DNA of 64,000 nucleotides from Synechococcus sp. (GCA_047285805.1 JBJBCN010000002.1:384001-448000), one strand, 5' to 3'. Numbered from the stretch's first letter, positions 21,745-34,003 are shown. The notes: generated from the letters alone by a model not told the origin. A program made the numbers and translations.

Positions 21745-21824
21745 TCAGGGGGTTAATGAAAACCCTCGGTACAGATTAGTAATTGCATCCTGACATCCAG
21801 ACCGTTGGGTGTCAGGTGTGCTGG

Positions 21825-22271
21825 CTACGCCGCAGGGCGTTCTTGCTCGTGCTGGTCGCGCCGGCTGTCGAGGGTGGTAGGGCTGATGTTGCTGGAATCA
21901 AGCAGCTCACGAATGCCCCGCAGTTCATCGAGGATGGATCCCAAAAGCTGTTGGGTTGCTGTCGAGGGGGAATTCAGCACCTCAACGGTGACTTCCTTGA
22001 TCCGCAGGACATCACGGGCGAAACGAGCCACCTCGTTGGGGTGGAACATCAGAGGTTCCTTTTGGTCACTCCGGTACTCGGGATTGAGCTTGCGGGGATT
22101 GAAAGGGGGGTTGAGATTGCGGGGGTCGGTGTTGGTGTAGCGGTAGACCGAGGCGCGCGAACGATTCAGGGAGCGCTGAACCTCATCGATACCGATCAGG
22201 TTTTCCGACTGCTCAGAGGTGTTGGCTGCACCTTCGGCGTTGCCTTCGATTGCAGCTGCTGCGTTCGCCAT
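21825..22271 (-). CDS. Conserved cyanobacterial HTH (resolvase/excisionase-like) protein
   Basis: LIGIDEVQRSLNRSRASVYRY HTH; NPPFNPRKLNPEYR. Confidence 0.75.
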   Translation of the reverse strand: MANAAAAIEGNAEGAANTSEQSENLIGIDEVQRSLNRSRASVYRYTNTDPRNLNPPFNPRKLNPEYRSDQKEPLMFHPNEVARFARDVLRIKEVTVEVLNSPSTATQQLLGSILDELRGIRELLDSSNISPTTLDSRRDQHEQERPAA

Positions 22272-22512
22272 GGCTTGACCCATTCCTGCTGAGAACGAAT
22301 GGGGGGCCATGAGACGTACTTGCGACAAATTGGAATTGAATGGAAGTTAGCAGGCTTTCCTCTCTGCAACTGAAATTTTTTCTTGATTCCAGCCGCGCTT
22401 GTGGCGCTTTTTCAAGCGGGTGCGACGGAGGGCTGCGCTGGTCCTCCGTCGCTGAACCGGCCCTCGCGCGAGCAGGTGATAGCTTCCGGCCTCGTTCCCC
22501 CCTCTCGATCCG

Positions 22513-24339
22513 ATGCGCGTCTCCCGCCTGATGCTGGTGACGCTGCGGGACGACCCCGCCGAGGCTGAGATTGCTTCCCACAAATTGCTGCTTCGTGCCG
22601 GATACATCCGGCGGGTCGGCAGTGGTATTTATGCCTATTTGCCCCTCCTCTGGCGCGTCCTTCAGAAGATCTCTGCTGTTGTTCGCGAGGAGCTCAATGC
22701 TGCCGGGGCCTTGGAGACGCTCCTGCCCCAGCTTCAGCCAGCGGAACTATGGCAGCGCAGCGGCCGTTGGGCGGGCTATACCGACGGCGAGGGGATCATG
22801 TTTCACCTCGAGGACCGACAAGAGCGTGAGCTGGGCCTGGGTCCGACCCACGAGGAGGTGATCACCGCACTAGCTGGTGATCTGCTGCGCTCCTACAAGC
22901 AGCTTCCGGTGAACCTGTATCAGGTTCAGACCAAGTTTCGCGATGAGATTCGTCCCCGCTTTGGCCTGATGCGCGGGCGTGAATTCATCATGAAGGACGC
23001 CTATTCCTTCCATGCCAATGAGGACTGCCTCAAGCAGACCTATGGCCAGATGGATCAGGCCTACCGCCGCATTTTTCAGCGTTGCGGCCTGCGGGCCGTG
23101 GCCGTTGAGGCCGACAGTGGTCCGATCGGTGGCTCCGCGAGCCAAGAGTTCATGGTCACGGCGGACTCGGGTGAGGATCTGATCCTGGCGGCAGGCGACG
23201 GTCGCTACGCCGCCAATCAGGAGCGGGCCATCTCCCTGGCCCCCGAGGCACAACCTCTGGTGTCGGCATCGCCAGTGGAGCGAATCCAGACCCCTGGACA
23301 ATCCAGCATTGAGTCCCTCTGCGAGGCCCAGGGTTGGCATGCCACGCAAGTTCTCAAGGTTCTGCTGTTGCTGGCCAGGTTTGAGGATGGGTTGCAGCAG
23401 CCCGTCCTCGTTAGCTTGCGTGGTGATCAGCAGCTCAATGACGTGAAGTTGAGCAATGCCCTGAGCCGACGCCTCTCCGCCGAGCACGGCACCCTCCTGG
23501 ACGTGCAGCCGTTGCTGCCCGATGAGGCGGCCAAGCAGGGCCTGCAGACCATTCCGTTTGGATTCCTCGGCCCAGATCTCAGCGATGCGGTGCTCTCCGG
23601 GGCCAAGTCTTGGGCTCCGCGATTTGAGCGGTTGGCCGATGCCACCGCCACGGATTTGGCTTCCTTTATCTGTGGCGGCAACCACCGCGATGAGCACTGC
23701 CTCGGAGCCCGTTGGCAGGACTGTGGTGGCGACCTGGTCCCGGAGGACCTGCGCTGCGCTCAGTCCGGTGATCGCTGTGTGCACGACCCCAGCCAAATCC
23801 TGGAGGCCAGTCGAGGCATTGAGGTGGGTCACATCTTCCAGCTTGGTCGGAAGTACTCGACGGCCCTGGGCGCCACATTCACCAACGATTCCGGCGCGGA
23901 GGAGCCGCTCTGGATGGGCTGCTACGGCATTGGTGTTTCCCGATTGGCCCAAGCCGCGGTGGAGCAGCACCACGACGCCAGTGGCATCTGTTGGCCGACG
24001 GCGATTGCTCCCTTCGAGGTGATCGTGCTGATCGCCAACGTCAAGGAGGCCGCCCAGGTCGAGCTGGCGGAGCGCCTCTATGGCCAGCTCCACTCCGCCG
24101 GTGTTGATGTGCTTCTCGACGATCGCCCTGAGCGGGCAGGCGTCAAATTCAAGGACTCAGACCTGCTGGGGATCCCCTGGCGTGTTGTTGTGGGTCGCGG
24201 TGCGGCCGATGGAGAGGTAGAGCTCGTCCAGCGCTCCACAGGGGATAAGCAAGATCTCTCGGCCGATGTCCTGGAGAGCACGCTGCTGGCCCAGCTCCAA
24301 CTGGAGCGTCAAGGGCTTCTTGCGGTGGAGGCCCCCTAG
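22513..24339 (+). CDS. proS: Prolyl-tRNA synthetase
   Basis: LGPTHEE, KFRDEIRPRFGLMRGREFIMKDAYSFH, GIEVGHIFQLG, MGCYGIGVSR. Confidence 0.98.
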   Translation: MRVSRLMLVTLRDDPAEAEIASHKLLLRAGYIRRVGSGIYAYLPLLWRVLQKISAVVREELNAAGALETLLPQLQPAELWQRSGRWAGYTDGEGIMFHLEDRQERELGLGPTHEEVITALAGDLLRSYKQLPVNLYQVQTKFRDEIRPRFGLMRGREFIMKDAYSFHANEDCLKQTYGQMDQAYRRIFQRCGLRAVAVEADSGPIGGSASQEFMVTADSGEDLILAAGDGRYAANQERAISLAPEAQPLVSASPVERIQTPGQSSIESLCEAQGWHATQVLKVLLLLARFEDGLQQPVLVSLRGDQQLNDVKLSNALSRRLSAEHGTLLDVQPLLPDEAAKQGLQTIPFGFLGPDLSDAVLSGAKSWAPRFERLADATATDLASFICGGNHRDEHCLGARWQDCGGDLVPEDLRCAQSGDRCVHDPSQILEASRGIEVGHIFQLGRKYSTALGATFTNDSGAEEPLWMGCYGIGVSRLAQAAVEQHHDASGICWPTAIAPFEVIVLIANVKEAAQVELAERLYGQLHSAGVDVLLDDRPERAGVKFKDSDLLGIPWRVVVGRGAADGEVELVQRSTGDKQDLSADVLESTLLAQLQLERQGLLAVEAP

Positions 24340-24367
24340 GATCCCGCTCTAATTGAATCTGAGACCG

Positions 24368-24778
24368 ATGGCAGCTGGTTGGCGTCGAATCAAAGCAGCC
24401 TTGCTGGCTGTCTGCCTGGGCCTGACCCTGTTGGTCACGGCTTGCTCCGGTAGCGGTGGTCCCCTCACGGGCAACTACGTCGAAGACACCGTCACGGTTG
24501 CGGATCAACTCATCGCCACCATCTCCATCGCTGCCGATGATCCGGGCCGCAGCGAGGCGGAGACCTCGGCTCGGGCCCTAATCAATGACTACATGGCCCG
24601 TTACCGCCCACAGCCCAAGTTCAATGGTCTGGCGTCCTTCACCACGATGCAGACGGCCCTGAATTCCCTGGCGGGCCACTACGCAAACTACCCGAACCGC
24701 CCCGTTCCCGATGCGCTGAAGGATCGCTTGAACAAGGAACTCAAGAAGGCCGAAACCGGTGTCGTTCGCGGCGCTTGA
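24368..24778 (+). CDS. psb27: Photosystem II assembly lipoprotein Psb27
   Basis: Lipobox VTAC, LTGNYVEDT, SFTTMQTALNSLAGHY. Confidence 0.93.
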   Translation: MAAGWRRIKAALLAVCLGLTLLVTACSGSGGPLTGNYVEDTVTVADQLIATISIAADDPGRSEAETSARALINDYMARYRPQPKFNGLASFTTMQTALNSLAGHYANYPNRPVPDALKDRLNKELKKAETGVVRGA

Positions 24779-24804
24779 TTGAGGCCCGTCGACTCGTTCG
24801 ACGC

Positions 24805-24831
24805 AAAAGCGGCCCATTTGGGCCGCTTTTT
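24805..24831. terminator. Intrinsic terminator after psb27 (symmetric)
   Basis: AAAAGCGGCCC-ATTT-GGGCCGCTTTTT. Confidence 0.85.
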
Positions 24832-24902
24832 CTATCAACACACTTTTGTGATTGTTTTGACGGAGGGTCACCCCATCTGAGATCCTTGATCCTTGTGCTT
24901 AG

Positions 24903-26240
<1,338 letters not shown>

Positions 26241-26245
26241 TTCCC

Positions 26246-27241
26246 ATGCCTGAACAGAAGACCCTGGACGTTGTCGGCATCGGCAACGCCATTGTTGATG
26301 TGCTCGTCCAGGCCGACGATGATGTCATCGAAGGCTTTGGCCTGACCAAGGGGACGATGGCCCTGATCGATCTGGACCAGGCCGAGACCCTCTACGCCAA
26401 GTTGGGCCCAGGTCTGGAAACTTCGGGGGGTTCCGCCGCGAACACCCTGGCCGGGATTGCCCAATTGGGAGGTCGTGCCGGATTCATCGGCCGCGTTCAC
26501 GACGACCAACTCGGCTCGATCTTTGCCCACGACATCCGTGCGGTCGGTACCCGCTACGAGACCCCCGCCGCGACGACGGGTGCCTCCACCGCCCGTTGCC
26601 TCATCCTGGTTTCGCCCGATGCACAGCGCACGATGTGCACCTATCTGGGCGCTTCAGTCGGTCTCGATCCCAGTGATCTCAACCTGGACATGGTGGCCCA
26701 GGCCAAGGTGCTGTACCTCGAGGGCTACCTTTGGGATAGCGACGCGGCCAAGGCGGCGTTTCTCGCGGCCGCCAAGGTTGCCAAGGAGAACGGGGCTGAG
26801 GTGGCCCTGAGCCTCTCGGATGCCTTCTGTGTTGAACGCCATCGCGACAGCTTTTTGGAGCTGGTCGATGGTCACGTCGACATCCTCTTTGCCAATGAGA
26901 TGGAGATCACCTCCCTCTACAAGGCCAACAGTTTTGAGGAGGCAGTCCAGGCGGTGCGTGGCCAGTGCCGCATCGCGGCCCTGACCCGCAGTGAGCAAGG
27001 GTCCGTTGTTCTCAGTGGCGATCAGTCCATCGCGATCCAGCCCTTCAACCTTGGCGCGCTGCTGGACACCACCGGTGCCGGTGATCTCTATGCCGGTGGT
27101 TTCCTGCACGCCTACACCCAAGGCGAGTCTCTGGAGCGTTGCGGCCAGCTTGCTTCCCTCTGTGCCGGTCAGGTGGTGACCCAGCTGGGTCCCCGTTCCC
27201 AGGTGGACCTCAAGGCCCTCGCTCAGATCCATCTCAGCTGA
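26246..27241 (+). CDS. PfkB family sugar/adenosine kinase
   Basis: GGSAAN, DTTGAGDLYAGGF. Confidence 0.92.
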   Translation: MPEQKTLDVVGIGNAIVDVLVQADDDVIEGFGLTKGTMALIDLDQAETLYAKLGPGLETSGGSAANTLAGIAQLGGRAGFIGRVHDDQLGSIFAHDIRAVGTRYETPAATTGASTARCLILVSPDAQRTMCTYLGASVGLDPSDLNLDMVAQAKVLYLEGYLWDSDAAKAAFLAAAKVAKENGAEVALSLSDAFCVERHRDSFLELVDGHVDILFANEMEITSLYKANSFEEAVQAVRGQCRIAALTRSEQGSVVLSGDQSIAIQPFNLGALLDTTGAGDLYAGGFLHAYTQGESLERCGQLASLCAGQVVTQLGPRSQVDLKALAQIHLS

Positions 27242-27548
27242 GAACGGATCGGGCCCAATTGGCGTAATCATTGCTGGCCTTGGCTGGCCAGCAGAGGAAT
27301 TCTGGGGTCTCGTAGCTGTGGTGCGCCCGCACCGCAGCCTCCAGGGCCTCCTGTTGGTCGGGACGGGCCTTCATCAGAAGCTGGACCTCCTCGCTGGCTT
27401 CAATCTGGTCTTCCCACCAGTAGAGGGCCCGTTGGGGTTGCAGCGCGACGCAGGCGGCGAGGCCTTGCTCGAGCAACGTCCGGGCGAGCGCTTCGGCTTG
27501 CTCTTGGCTGGCCTCAGTCGTGAGAGCCAGGATCAACGCTTCACTCAT
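27234..27548 (-). CDS. cutA: Divalent-cation tolerance protein CutA
   Basis: GLAACV, YWWEDQIE, HSYETPE. Confidence 0.9.
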   Translation of the reverse strand: MSEALILALTTEASQEQAEALARTLLEQGLAACVALQPQRALYWWEDQIEASEEVQLLMKARPDQQEALEAAVRAHHSYETPEFLCWPAKASNDYANWARSVLS

Positions 27549-28356
27549 TAGGTCCCTTCGGCTCCCCAACCTGGCGCAGGATCGCCTCCCGGGTGAGGCC
27601 CTTCTCGGCAGCGTCTGTTGGCGGTTTGATCTGTATCAAGCGCAGGCCCAGCTCCTGACTGAGGGATTGCCAGATCTTCTGGGTCAGCCCTCCGGACTGC
27701 CTGCAGAGCACTGCGCTGACTCTCCAGCGCCGGCAGAGCGCGCGCTCAATGGCCCCCTCCGGGAGAAGTCCTGGCCTGACGCAGGCGAGCTGCTCCGGCG
27801 GTAAGCCTGCGGCGAGGGCGAGGCGCAGGCTCTCCGGGTTGTCGAGGACCCGGGCGAAGTGCTGCGAGGCGGAGCTGAAGCGCAAGGCCGTGGCCAGATG
27901 CCGTGAGCCAATCGCCAGCAGCAGCAGCTCGCCTGAGAGCGGCAGGCCTTGCAGCTCCTCGAGCTGGTTGATGCTCGCGCTGGAGCCGTCGAAGGAGGCA
28001 TCCCGTTGGAGCCGGAGTAGCGGCTGGCGTTGGGCGTGGCAGCAGCGCTGTAGCCGGCTGCTGATCACCGCTGCAAAGGGGTGGGTGGCATCGATGACCC
28101 AGCGCGGCCTGTGGCGTTGCAGCAGCAGATCGACGTCCTCGGCGCTTTGGAGTGCCCCCACCTGAAAGTGGAGAGCAGGGTCTGTGCGGTAGGTCCGAGT
28201 GGCTGCCTCGCTGACCACGCTCACAAGGACTGACCAGCCACGCTCCAGCAGGGACTGGGCCAGGCGCGGCCCATCGCCGGTGCCGGAGACCAACAAAATC
28301 GTCTTGGCCGCGTCAGAGGTCGAGGAATCCCCCTGGTGAAATTCCAGACGTTGCAT
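27541..28356 (-). CDS. cobK: Precorrin-6A/cobalt-precorrin-6A reductase
   Basis: SGTGDG, VIDATHPFAAVIS, LAIGSR, CRQSGG. Confidence 0.9.
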   Translation of the reverse strand: MQRLEFHQGDSSTSDAAKTILLVSGTGDGPRLAQSLLERGWSVLVSVVSEAATRTYRTDPALHFQVGALQSAEDVDLLLQRHRPRWVIDATHPFAAVISSRLQRCCHAQRQPLLRLQRDASFDGSSASINQLEELQGLPLSGELLLLAIGSRHLATALRFSSASQHFARVLDNPESLRLALAAGLPPEQLACVRPGLLPEGAIERALCRRWRVSAVLCRQSGGLTQKIWQSLSQELGLRLIQIKPPTDAAEKGLTREAILRQVGEPKGPNE

Positions 28357-28376
28357 CAGGATATGGCCCTCTGTCC

Positions 28377-28865
28377 ATGAGCGTTCCTGTGAACCATTGC
28401 TTGCTGGAGGTAGAGGTGCTGGAGGCGCCTCAGGTGCGCTACACCCAGGACAACCAAACTCCAGTGGCGGAGATGGCCGTTCAATTCGATGGCCTGCGTC
28501 CTGATGATCCCGCGGGTCAGCTCAAGGTGGTCGGCTGGGGAAGTCTTGCTCAGGACCTTCAGAACCGGGTTCAGGTTGGTCAGCGTCTAATGGTCGAGGG
28601 CCGTTTGCGCATGAACACCGTGAGCCGTCAGGACGGTGTGAAGGAGAAGCGCGCTGAATTCACCCTCTCCCGTCTGCATCCTCTGAGTGTTGCTGCTGCC
28701 CGTCCCGCATCCCCAGCGCCGGGCTCCTCGGCCCCTGCTCCGGTTCGTGCGGCGGCTCCGGCTCCCGTTGCGGTGGCCGCTGCAGCCCAACAGCAACCCC
28801 CTACCTGGAACGCGTCGCCCCTGGTGCCCGACCTGCCCGAGGGTGAGGACGAGATTCCGTTCTGA
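28377..28865 (+). CDS. Single-stranded DNA-binding protein family
   Basis: OB-fold PQVRYTQD...VEGRLRMN and acidic DEIPF tail. Confidence 0.85.
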   Translation: MSVPVNHCLLEVEVLEAPQVRYTQDNQTPVAEMAVQFDGLRPDDPAGQLKVVGWGSLAQDLQNRVQVGQRLMVEGRLRMNTVSRQDGVKEKRAEFTLSRLHPLSVAAARPASPAPGSSAPAPVRAAAPAPVAVAAAAQQQPPTWNASPLVPDLPEGEDEIPF

Positions 28866-28887
28866 CCACCTGACTCGATGAGTGGGC

Positions 28888-29067
28888 TCAGTTGCTCGGA
28901 CTGATCAACTCTTCGGCCTGCTCGAGCAGTTGACCCAGTTCACGCTCAAGGGCGGCCAAATCCAAACGCAGCTCGGGCCAGCGCCCCTGATCCAGTTGCT
29001 GCAGCAACCAAAGCCGGTCCCGCTGCATCTCCTCAATCAACTCCTCTGTGCTGGGGGCATCATGCAC
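28888..29067 (-). CDS. Small conserved hypothetical protein (start uncertain)
   Basis: DRLWLLQQLDQGRWPELRLDLAALEREL helical peptide. Confidence 0.55.
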   Translation of the reverse strand: MHDAPSTEELIEEMQRDRLWLLQQLDQGRWPELRLDLAALERELGQLLEQAEELISPSN

Positions 29068-29107
29068 AGGGTTTGGCTGTTGCCCCCCGTTGACCGAAGA
29101 TGCCCGC

Positions 29108-29650
29108 ATGCTCGCAATCGCTTCCCCCGGCAGCCTAGTCACCTTGGCTGGTGCTGCTCTCTCGGTTATTGGCTGGGTTGGCTATGCCACCTCCAATCCG
29201 AACCTCAGCCTACCGACGATTTTTTACGGCATCCCCATCCTCTTGGGGGGATTGGCCCTCAAGTCCTCGGAGCTCCCCCCTGCAGAGTTGCTGCCGGCCC
29301 AGGCCGATGCCGTCGCCCTCCGGGAGGAGGCATCCAGCAAGACCCTGCGGAAGTTGGTGAAAGATGTGACCCGCTGGCGCTATGGCCAGAAGGCACACCT
29401 CGAGAGCTCCCTGGAGGCCCTGAAGCTCTGGGACGAAGATCAACCGCCCCAGCTGATCAGCGTTGCTGAGAGGGCCGTGGATGGTCGCTACGCCGTGACC
29501 ATTCGTTTCCGTTGTGAGGGCGTTCCCTTTGCCCGATGGCAGGAGAAGCAGGACCGTCTGGGCCGCTTCTTTGACCGTGGCCTGCGCGCCGAGCTTAGTG
29601 AGCCCAGCAGCGGCGAGGTCTTGCTTGAGTTGTTGCCCGCTGCTGGCTAA
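29108..29650 (+). CDS. DUF2854-like thylakoid membrane protein
   Basis: FYGIPILLGGLALKSSEL, DVTRWRYGQKAHL. Confidence 0.8.
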   Translation: MLAIASPGSLVTLAGAALSVIGWVGYATSNPNLSLPTIFYGIPILLGGLALKSSELPPAELLPAQADAVALREEASSKTLRKLVKDVTRWRYGQKAHLESSLEALKLWDEDQPPQLISVAERAVDGRYAVTIRFRCEGVPFARWQEKQDRLGRFFDRGLRAELSEPSSGEVLLELLPAAG

Positions 29651-29717
29651 ACCTTGAGCATTGCCGGTGGGTTGTGTCCCATTGCTTTGCCCCCATTGTT
29701 CGATCTTCGTCCCTCCC

Positions 29718-30602
29718 TTGAGCGAACGTTCTGCTGATCGCACCGACGCCTTGCGGGTGTCGGTCCTGAGTGAAGCCCTTCCCTATATCCAGCGTTTCTC
29801 CGGCCGTCGAGTCGTCGTTAAGTACGGCGGTGCGGCCATGGTCCGTGAAGATCTGCGTGATGCGGTCTATCGCGATTTGGTGCTTCTGGCTTCGGTCGGG
29901 GTGAAGCCCGTGGTGGTCCATGGCGGTGGGCCTGAAATCAATGAGTGGCTGGGGCGCTTGAACATCGAGCCACAATTCCGCAATGGCTTACGGGTGACCT
30001 GCCCCGACACCATGGATGTGGTGGAGATGGTTCTGGTGGGCCGCGTCAATAAGCAAATTGTCAATGGCTTGAATCGCCTCGGTGCTCGGGCCGTTGGCCT
30101 CTCCGGCAGCGATGGGCCGCTGGTGCGGGCCCGCACCTATGGCGACGGTGCCAATGGCCTCGTGGGGGATGTGGCTGCGGTGGATCCCTCGGTGCTCTTC
30201 CCCCTGTTGGACGCTGGCTACATCCCCGTTATCTCCTCGGTGGCCGCTGATGGGGAGGGCCAAGCCCACAACATCAATGCCGACACAGTTGCCGGCGAGT
30301 TGGCTGCGGCCTTGGAAGCGGAGAAGTTGATCCTGCTCACCGACACCCCAGGCATCCTGCGCGACCGGGAGGATCCCAGCTCCCTGATTCGCTCCGTCAG
30401 CCTCTCCGGGGCCCGCGAGCTGATTAGTTCAGGGGTTGTGGCCGGTGGCATGACCCCGAAGACTGAGTGCTGTATTCGCGCCTTGGCTCAGGGCGTCGCC
30501 GCTGCCCACATCGTCGATGGACGAACCCCCCACGCGCTGCTGCTGGAGGTGTTCACCGATGCAGGCATCGGCACGATGGTCACGGGCCGCTCCAACTTCT
30601 AG
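29718..30602 (+). CDS. argB: Acetylglutamate kinase
   Basis: [32 protein letters not shown]. Confidence 0.96.
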   Translation: MSERSADRTDALRVSVLSEALPYIQRFSGRRVVVKYGGAAMVREDLRDAVYRDLVLLASVGVKPVVVHGGGPEINEWLGRLNIEPQFRNGLRVTCPDTMDVVEMVLVGRVNKQIVNGLNRLGARAVGLSGSDGPLVRARTYGDGANGLVGDVAAVDPSVLFPLLDAGYIPVISSVAADGEGQAHNINADTVAGELAAALEAEKLILLTDTPGILRDREDPSSLIRSVSLSGARELISSGVVAGGMTPKTECCIRALAQGVAAAHIVDGRTPHALLLEVFTDAGIGTMVTGRSNF

Positions 30603-31745
30603 GTGCCTGTGGAGGACCCCAGCTCAGAGCCGGCGGCGGATCCCGCGGCGCTGCTCCCGGCGCGTGCTGCCCTGGAGCGGGGGGACTACGGCAGTTGTGA
30701 GCGGTTGCTGAGCCCCCTCCTGGAGGCCCATGGGCCAGTTACCCCGTTTGGGGGTGAAGTGCGCCTGCTCTTGGCCACGGCCCAACTGGGCCGTGGGGAC
30801 AATCAGGCCGCGGCAGTGACCTGTCGAAGCCTGCGCGCCTGCCGCGACAACACCCTGCGCATCCAGGCCAAGGGGCTTCAGGAGATTCTTGATGCTCCCT
30901 CACTGGTTAGGCCCAGGGAATGGTCCATGACCCTCCCGAGTCTTGGGGAGATGAAACCGCTTGAGGGCGAGCTCAAGGCCATGGCCAGGCAACGGCGCCG
31001 CCGCCGACGTCCCCCTGAGCCGCCGCCGCCGCCCACCGGACCCACCCAGGCCCCATGGGGTTTTGCTGTGGTGGCGATCCTGCTGCTGCTCATCACCGCG
31101 TTGCTCGGGGGCTGCGTTGATCTGGAGACCCGGCTTCACTTCCCGGCCCCGGGGCGTTTGCAGTTCGAGCAACGTAGCCAGTCGTTGACCGATCAGTCCC
31201 TCCCTTGGCAGGCCCAGTGGCGCCAGACGCTTCGCGGCCGCTCCTTGAAGGTGCATCAAGACCATGGACTCCTCGAGGTGCGCTCCCCGGTCTTGCCCGC
31301 TGCTCAAGCCCTCGGGCTCCTCCAGGACACCCTTGCGCAGGGTGCCGAGTTGGCCAATCTCGATCTCCCCGCCCCCGAGTTGCAGCTCAGCGAGCGCAAC
31401 TGGTTGATCGGGGTCCGCCAGCATCTCGTCCTTCGCTTCGACCTGGATGCGCTGCAACCCCTCCCTGGCCTGAAGCTGAGCGTCGACATGGACCCCATGG
31501 CCCTGCGTGCGATCCAGGCCTCGGGTCCGAATCCCGCCGAGGCCATCCGCCGCGCCAAAGACGAGCCCGAGGCCGTCCGCTGGCGCCTGCAGCCAGGCTC
31601 TGTAAACACCCTCCAGCTCTCCTGTTGGCGTTGGAACAAGCTCGGCCTGGGAACCGTTGCGATCACGCTCCTGCTTCTCCTAGTGGCCTTGCTGCAGCGG
31701 TTGCGGTTGGCCGCTGGCTTTGGCCTGCCCCAACTACCGGCCTAG
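30603..31745 (+). CDS. DUF3153-like membrane/lipoprotein
   Basis: TPR-like N-terminus, LLGGCV segment, C-terminal TM; lies between argB and priA. Confidence 0.65.
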   Translation: MPVEDPSSEPAADPAALLPARAALERGDYGSCERLLSPLLEAHGPVTPFGGEVRLLLATAQLGRGDNQAAAVTCRSLRACRDNTLRIQAKGLQEILDAPSLVRPREWSMTLPSLGEMKPLEGELKAMARQRRRRRRPPEPPPPPTGPTQAPWGFAVVAILLLLITALLGGCVDLETRLHFPAPGRLQFEQRSQSLTDQSLPWQAQWRQTLRGRSLKVHQDHGLLEVRSPVLPAAQALGLLQDTLAQGAELANLDLPAPELQLSERNWLIGVRQHLVLRFDLDALQPLPGLKLSVDMDPMALRAIQASGPNPAEAIRRAKDEPEAVRWRLQPGSVNTLQLSCWRWNKLGLGTVAITLLLLLVALLQRLRLAAGFGLPQLPA

Positions 31746-34003
31746 AGCTCCAGCGGGTCGGGATCGATGGCCAGGCTGACGTCGCCGGGTAAGAGCGCCC
31801 TGAGCTCGGTCTCCATCGGAAGCGGCAGATCGGAGCCGGCGGGTCCATGCAGCAGCAGTTGCCAGCGGCTATTGCCGGCCACCCGTGCCACCGGTGCCGG
31901 AGCCGGCCCGATCAAGAGCCAGCCGTGTTGCATCAGTTGTGTGCGCAGGTGTTCGGCGAGGCTGGAGGCTGCGGTTGCGGTCCGGCTTGCGGAGGGCCCG
32001 GCGAGTCGAAGCAGGCAGGCCCGGCTGAAGGGGACGAGGGAGGCGGCCTCTCGCTGCTGGAGTTCCTCGCTCAAAAAGGCCTCGTAGCGGCCGTCCACCA
32101 GATGCCGAATCACCGGGTGTTCAGGGCTGTAGGTCTGCACTAGGACTTCCCCCGGGCGATCGCCACGCCCCGCACGGCCCGCCAGTTGGAGCAGCAGCTG
32201 CAGGCTTTCCTCGGCGGCCCGCAGATCCGGTCGATGCAGCAGGCCATCGGCCGCCAGCACAGCCGCCAGGGTGACCCGCGGCAGATCCATTCCCTTCGCC
32301 AGCATCTGCGTGCCGATCAAGACATCGGCCTCTCCACGGGCAAACCGTTCCAGGAGCTGCCTGTGGCCATCCCGTCCCCGAGTGGTGTCGCGGTCGAAGC
32401 GCAACAGGCGCAGGTCCTCGAGTTCGTCCGAGAGGTGCTCGAGCACCTGTTGGGTGCCAGCACCGAAGGGCTTGAAGGCCGTCGAGCCGCAATGTCCGCA
32501 GCGGCGTTCGAGTTCGGCCCGATGGTCGCACCAATGGCAGCGGAGCCAGGAGCGCTCCCGCTGGCGGTGCACCGTGAGGGCCACATCGCAGTGGGGGCAC
32601 TGCACCACCTCACCGCAGCTGCGGCAACTCAAAAAGCTGCTGTAGCCCCGGCGCGGTACTAGAACCACGGCCTGCTCGCCCCGTTCTTTGAGGTTTTCCA
32701 GGCGATCCATCAAGGGCCGACTGACGAGTCGGCGATGACCCTCCGCTAGCTCTTGTCGCATGTCCACCACCAGGACCGGTGGAAGCTCACTCGTGCCAAT
32801 CCGTTTGGGTAGCCGCACCAGCTGGCAGTCCGCGTGGGGGCCTTGGCAAGCCCGCCATGTCTCGAGGCTGGGGGTGGCACTGCCCAGGATCAACGTGGCA
32901 CCGCAGCTCTGGGCCCGCAGCTTCGCGACGTCCCTTGCGTGGTAGCAGGGCATTGGGCTGTCCTGCTTGTAGGAGCGGTCATGCTCTTCATCGAGGACCA
33001 CCAAGCCCAGCTGCTGGAGGGGCAAGAAGATCGCTGAGCGGGTGCCCACCACCAGCAGCGGTCTGTCGCTGTTCAGGCAGCGGCGCCAGGTGTGAATCCG
33101 TGCGCCATCGCTGCAACCCGAGTGGTATTCCGCCACCGCGGTGCCAAAGCGGGCCCGGCTGCGATCTAACAGTTGGGGGATGAGGCCAATCTCGGGGGTC
33201 AACAACAACACGGAACGACCCGCCTTGAGGGCCTGGGCGGCCGCATGGAGATAGACCTCCGTTTTGCCGGCTCCTGTGACGCCCCAAAGCAGGAGTCGCC
33301 TTCCGGGTTTCGCCTGCTCAATCGCGGCCAGGGCCCGGGCCTGATCCGCCGTGAGCTCTTTTGGGCGGCCGTCCTCGGGTCGGTGGATGGTTTCCGGGGC
33401 CGTTGCGACGTGAAAGCGGCGCCGCTCGCGCCGGATGGTTCCCCGGCGCAGCAGGGTGTCACTCACGGATCGGCTGACCTGAGCGGCCTCGAGGGCCTGC
33501 GTTTGCCAGCACTGACCTCCTTGGCTCTGGAGGACCTGCAGCAGACGGCTCTGCCCCTCGCTCCAGCTGGCAACCACCTCCTCCGTGGGCGGTTGAACCA
33601 GCTCGAGCCAGAGTTGCTCCCTGGGGCGTTCCGGGGCGGAGCTGGCCCGTTGTCCCAGCCAGCCGGGCGGCAGGACTGCCTTCAGTGTTCGAAAGGATGT
33701 GGTCCGGCACTGCTGAGCAACAGTCTCAATCAGGCCCTGCCAATGCGGTTCAACCGCTGCCTGCTGATGGATCGTTTCAATCGGTTGCAGGGCTTTACCG
33801 GCCAGGGCTGATGGGACCTGGTCGAGCAGTTCCACCACCAGTCCGACATGGCGGCGGCCCCGCAGTCGAATCTGCACTAGATCGCCTGGGGCGCAAGGTA
33901 GTTGCCGGGGATTGCTGTAGGTGAAAACCTGTCCTTCCCGGCCTGCCTCGAGCCAGACCTGGACCCAGGAGCCCTGGGCAGCAGCTGAGGCGGAGACGGT
34001 CAA
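31742..34003 (-). CDS. priA: Primosomal protein N'
   Basis: GVTGAGKT, DEEHD, GSATP, four CxxC pairs, QLAGRAGR. Confidence 0.96.
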   Translation of the reverse strand: MTVSASAAAQGSWVQVWLEAGREGQVFTYSNPRQLPCAPGDLVQIRLRGRRHVGLVVELLDQVPSALAGKALQPIETIHQQAAVEPHWQGLIETVAQQCRTTSFRTLKAVLPPGWLGQRASSAPERPREQLWLELVQPPTEEVVASWSEGQSRLLQVLQSQGGQCWQTQALEAAQVSRSVSDTLLRRGTIRRERRRFHVATAPETIHRPEDGRPKELTADQARALAAIEQAKPGRRLLLWGVTGAGKTEVYLHAAAQALKAGRSVLLLTPEIGLIPQLLDRSRARFGTAVAEYHSGCSDGARIHTWRRCLNSDRPLLVVGTRSAIFLPLQQLGLVVLDEEHDRSYKQDSPMPCYHARDVAKLRAQSCGATLILGSATPSLETWRACQGPHADCQLVRLPKRIGTSELPPVLVVDMRQELAEGHRRLVSRPLMDRLENLKERGEQAVVLVPRRGYSSFLSCRSCGEVVQCPHCDVALTVHRQRERSWLRCHWCDHRAELERRCGHCGSTAFKPFGAGTQQVLEHLSDELEDLRLLRFDRDTTRGRDGHRQLLERFARGEADVLIGTQMLAKGMDLPRVTLAAVLAADGLLHRPDLRAAEESLQLLLQLAGRAGRGDRPGEVLVQTYSPEHPVIRHLVDGRYEAFLSEELQQREAASLVPFSRACLLRLAGPSASRTATAASSLAEHLRTQLMQHGWLLIGPAPAPVARVAGNSRWQLLLHGPAGSDLPLPMETELRALLPGDVSLAIDPDPLEL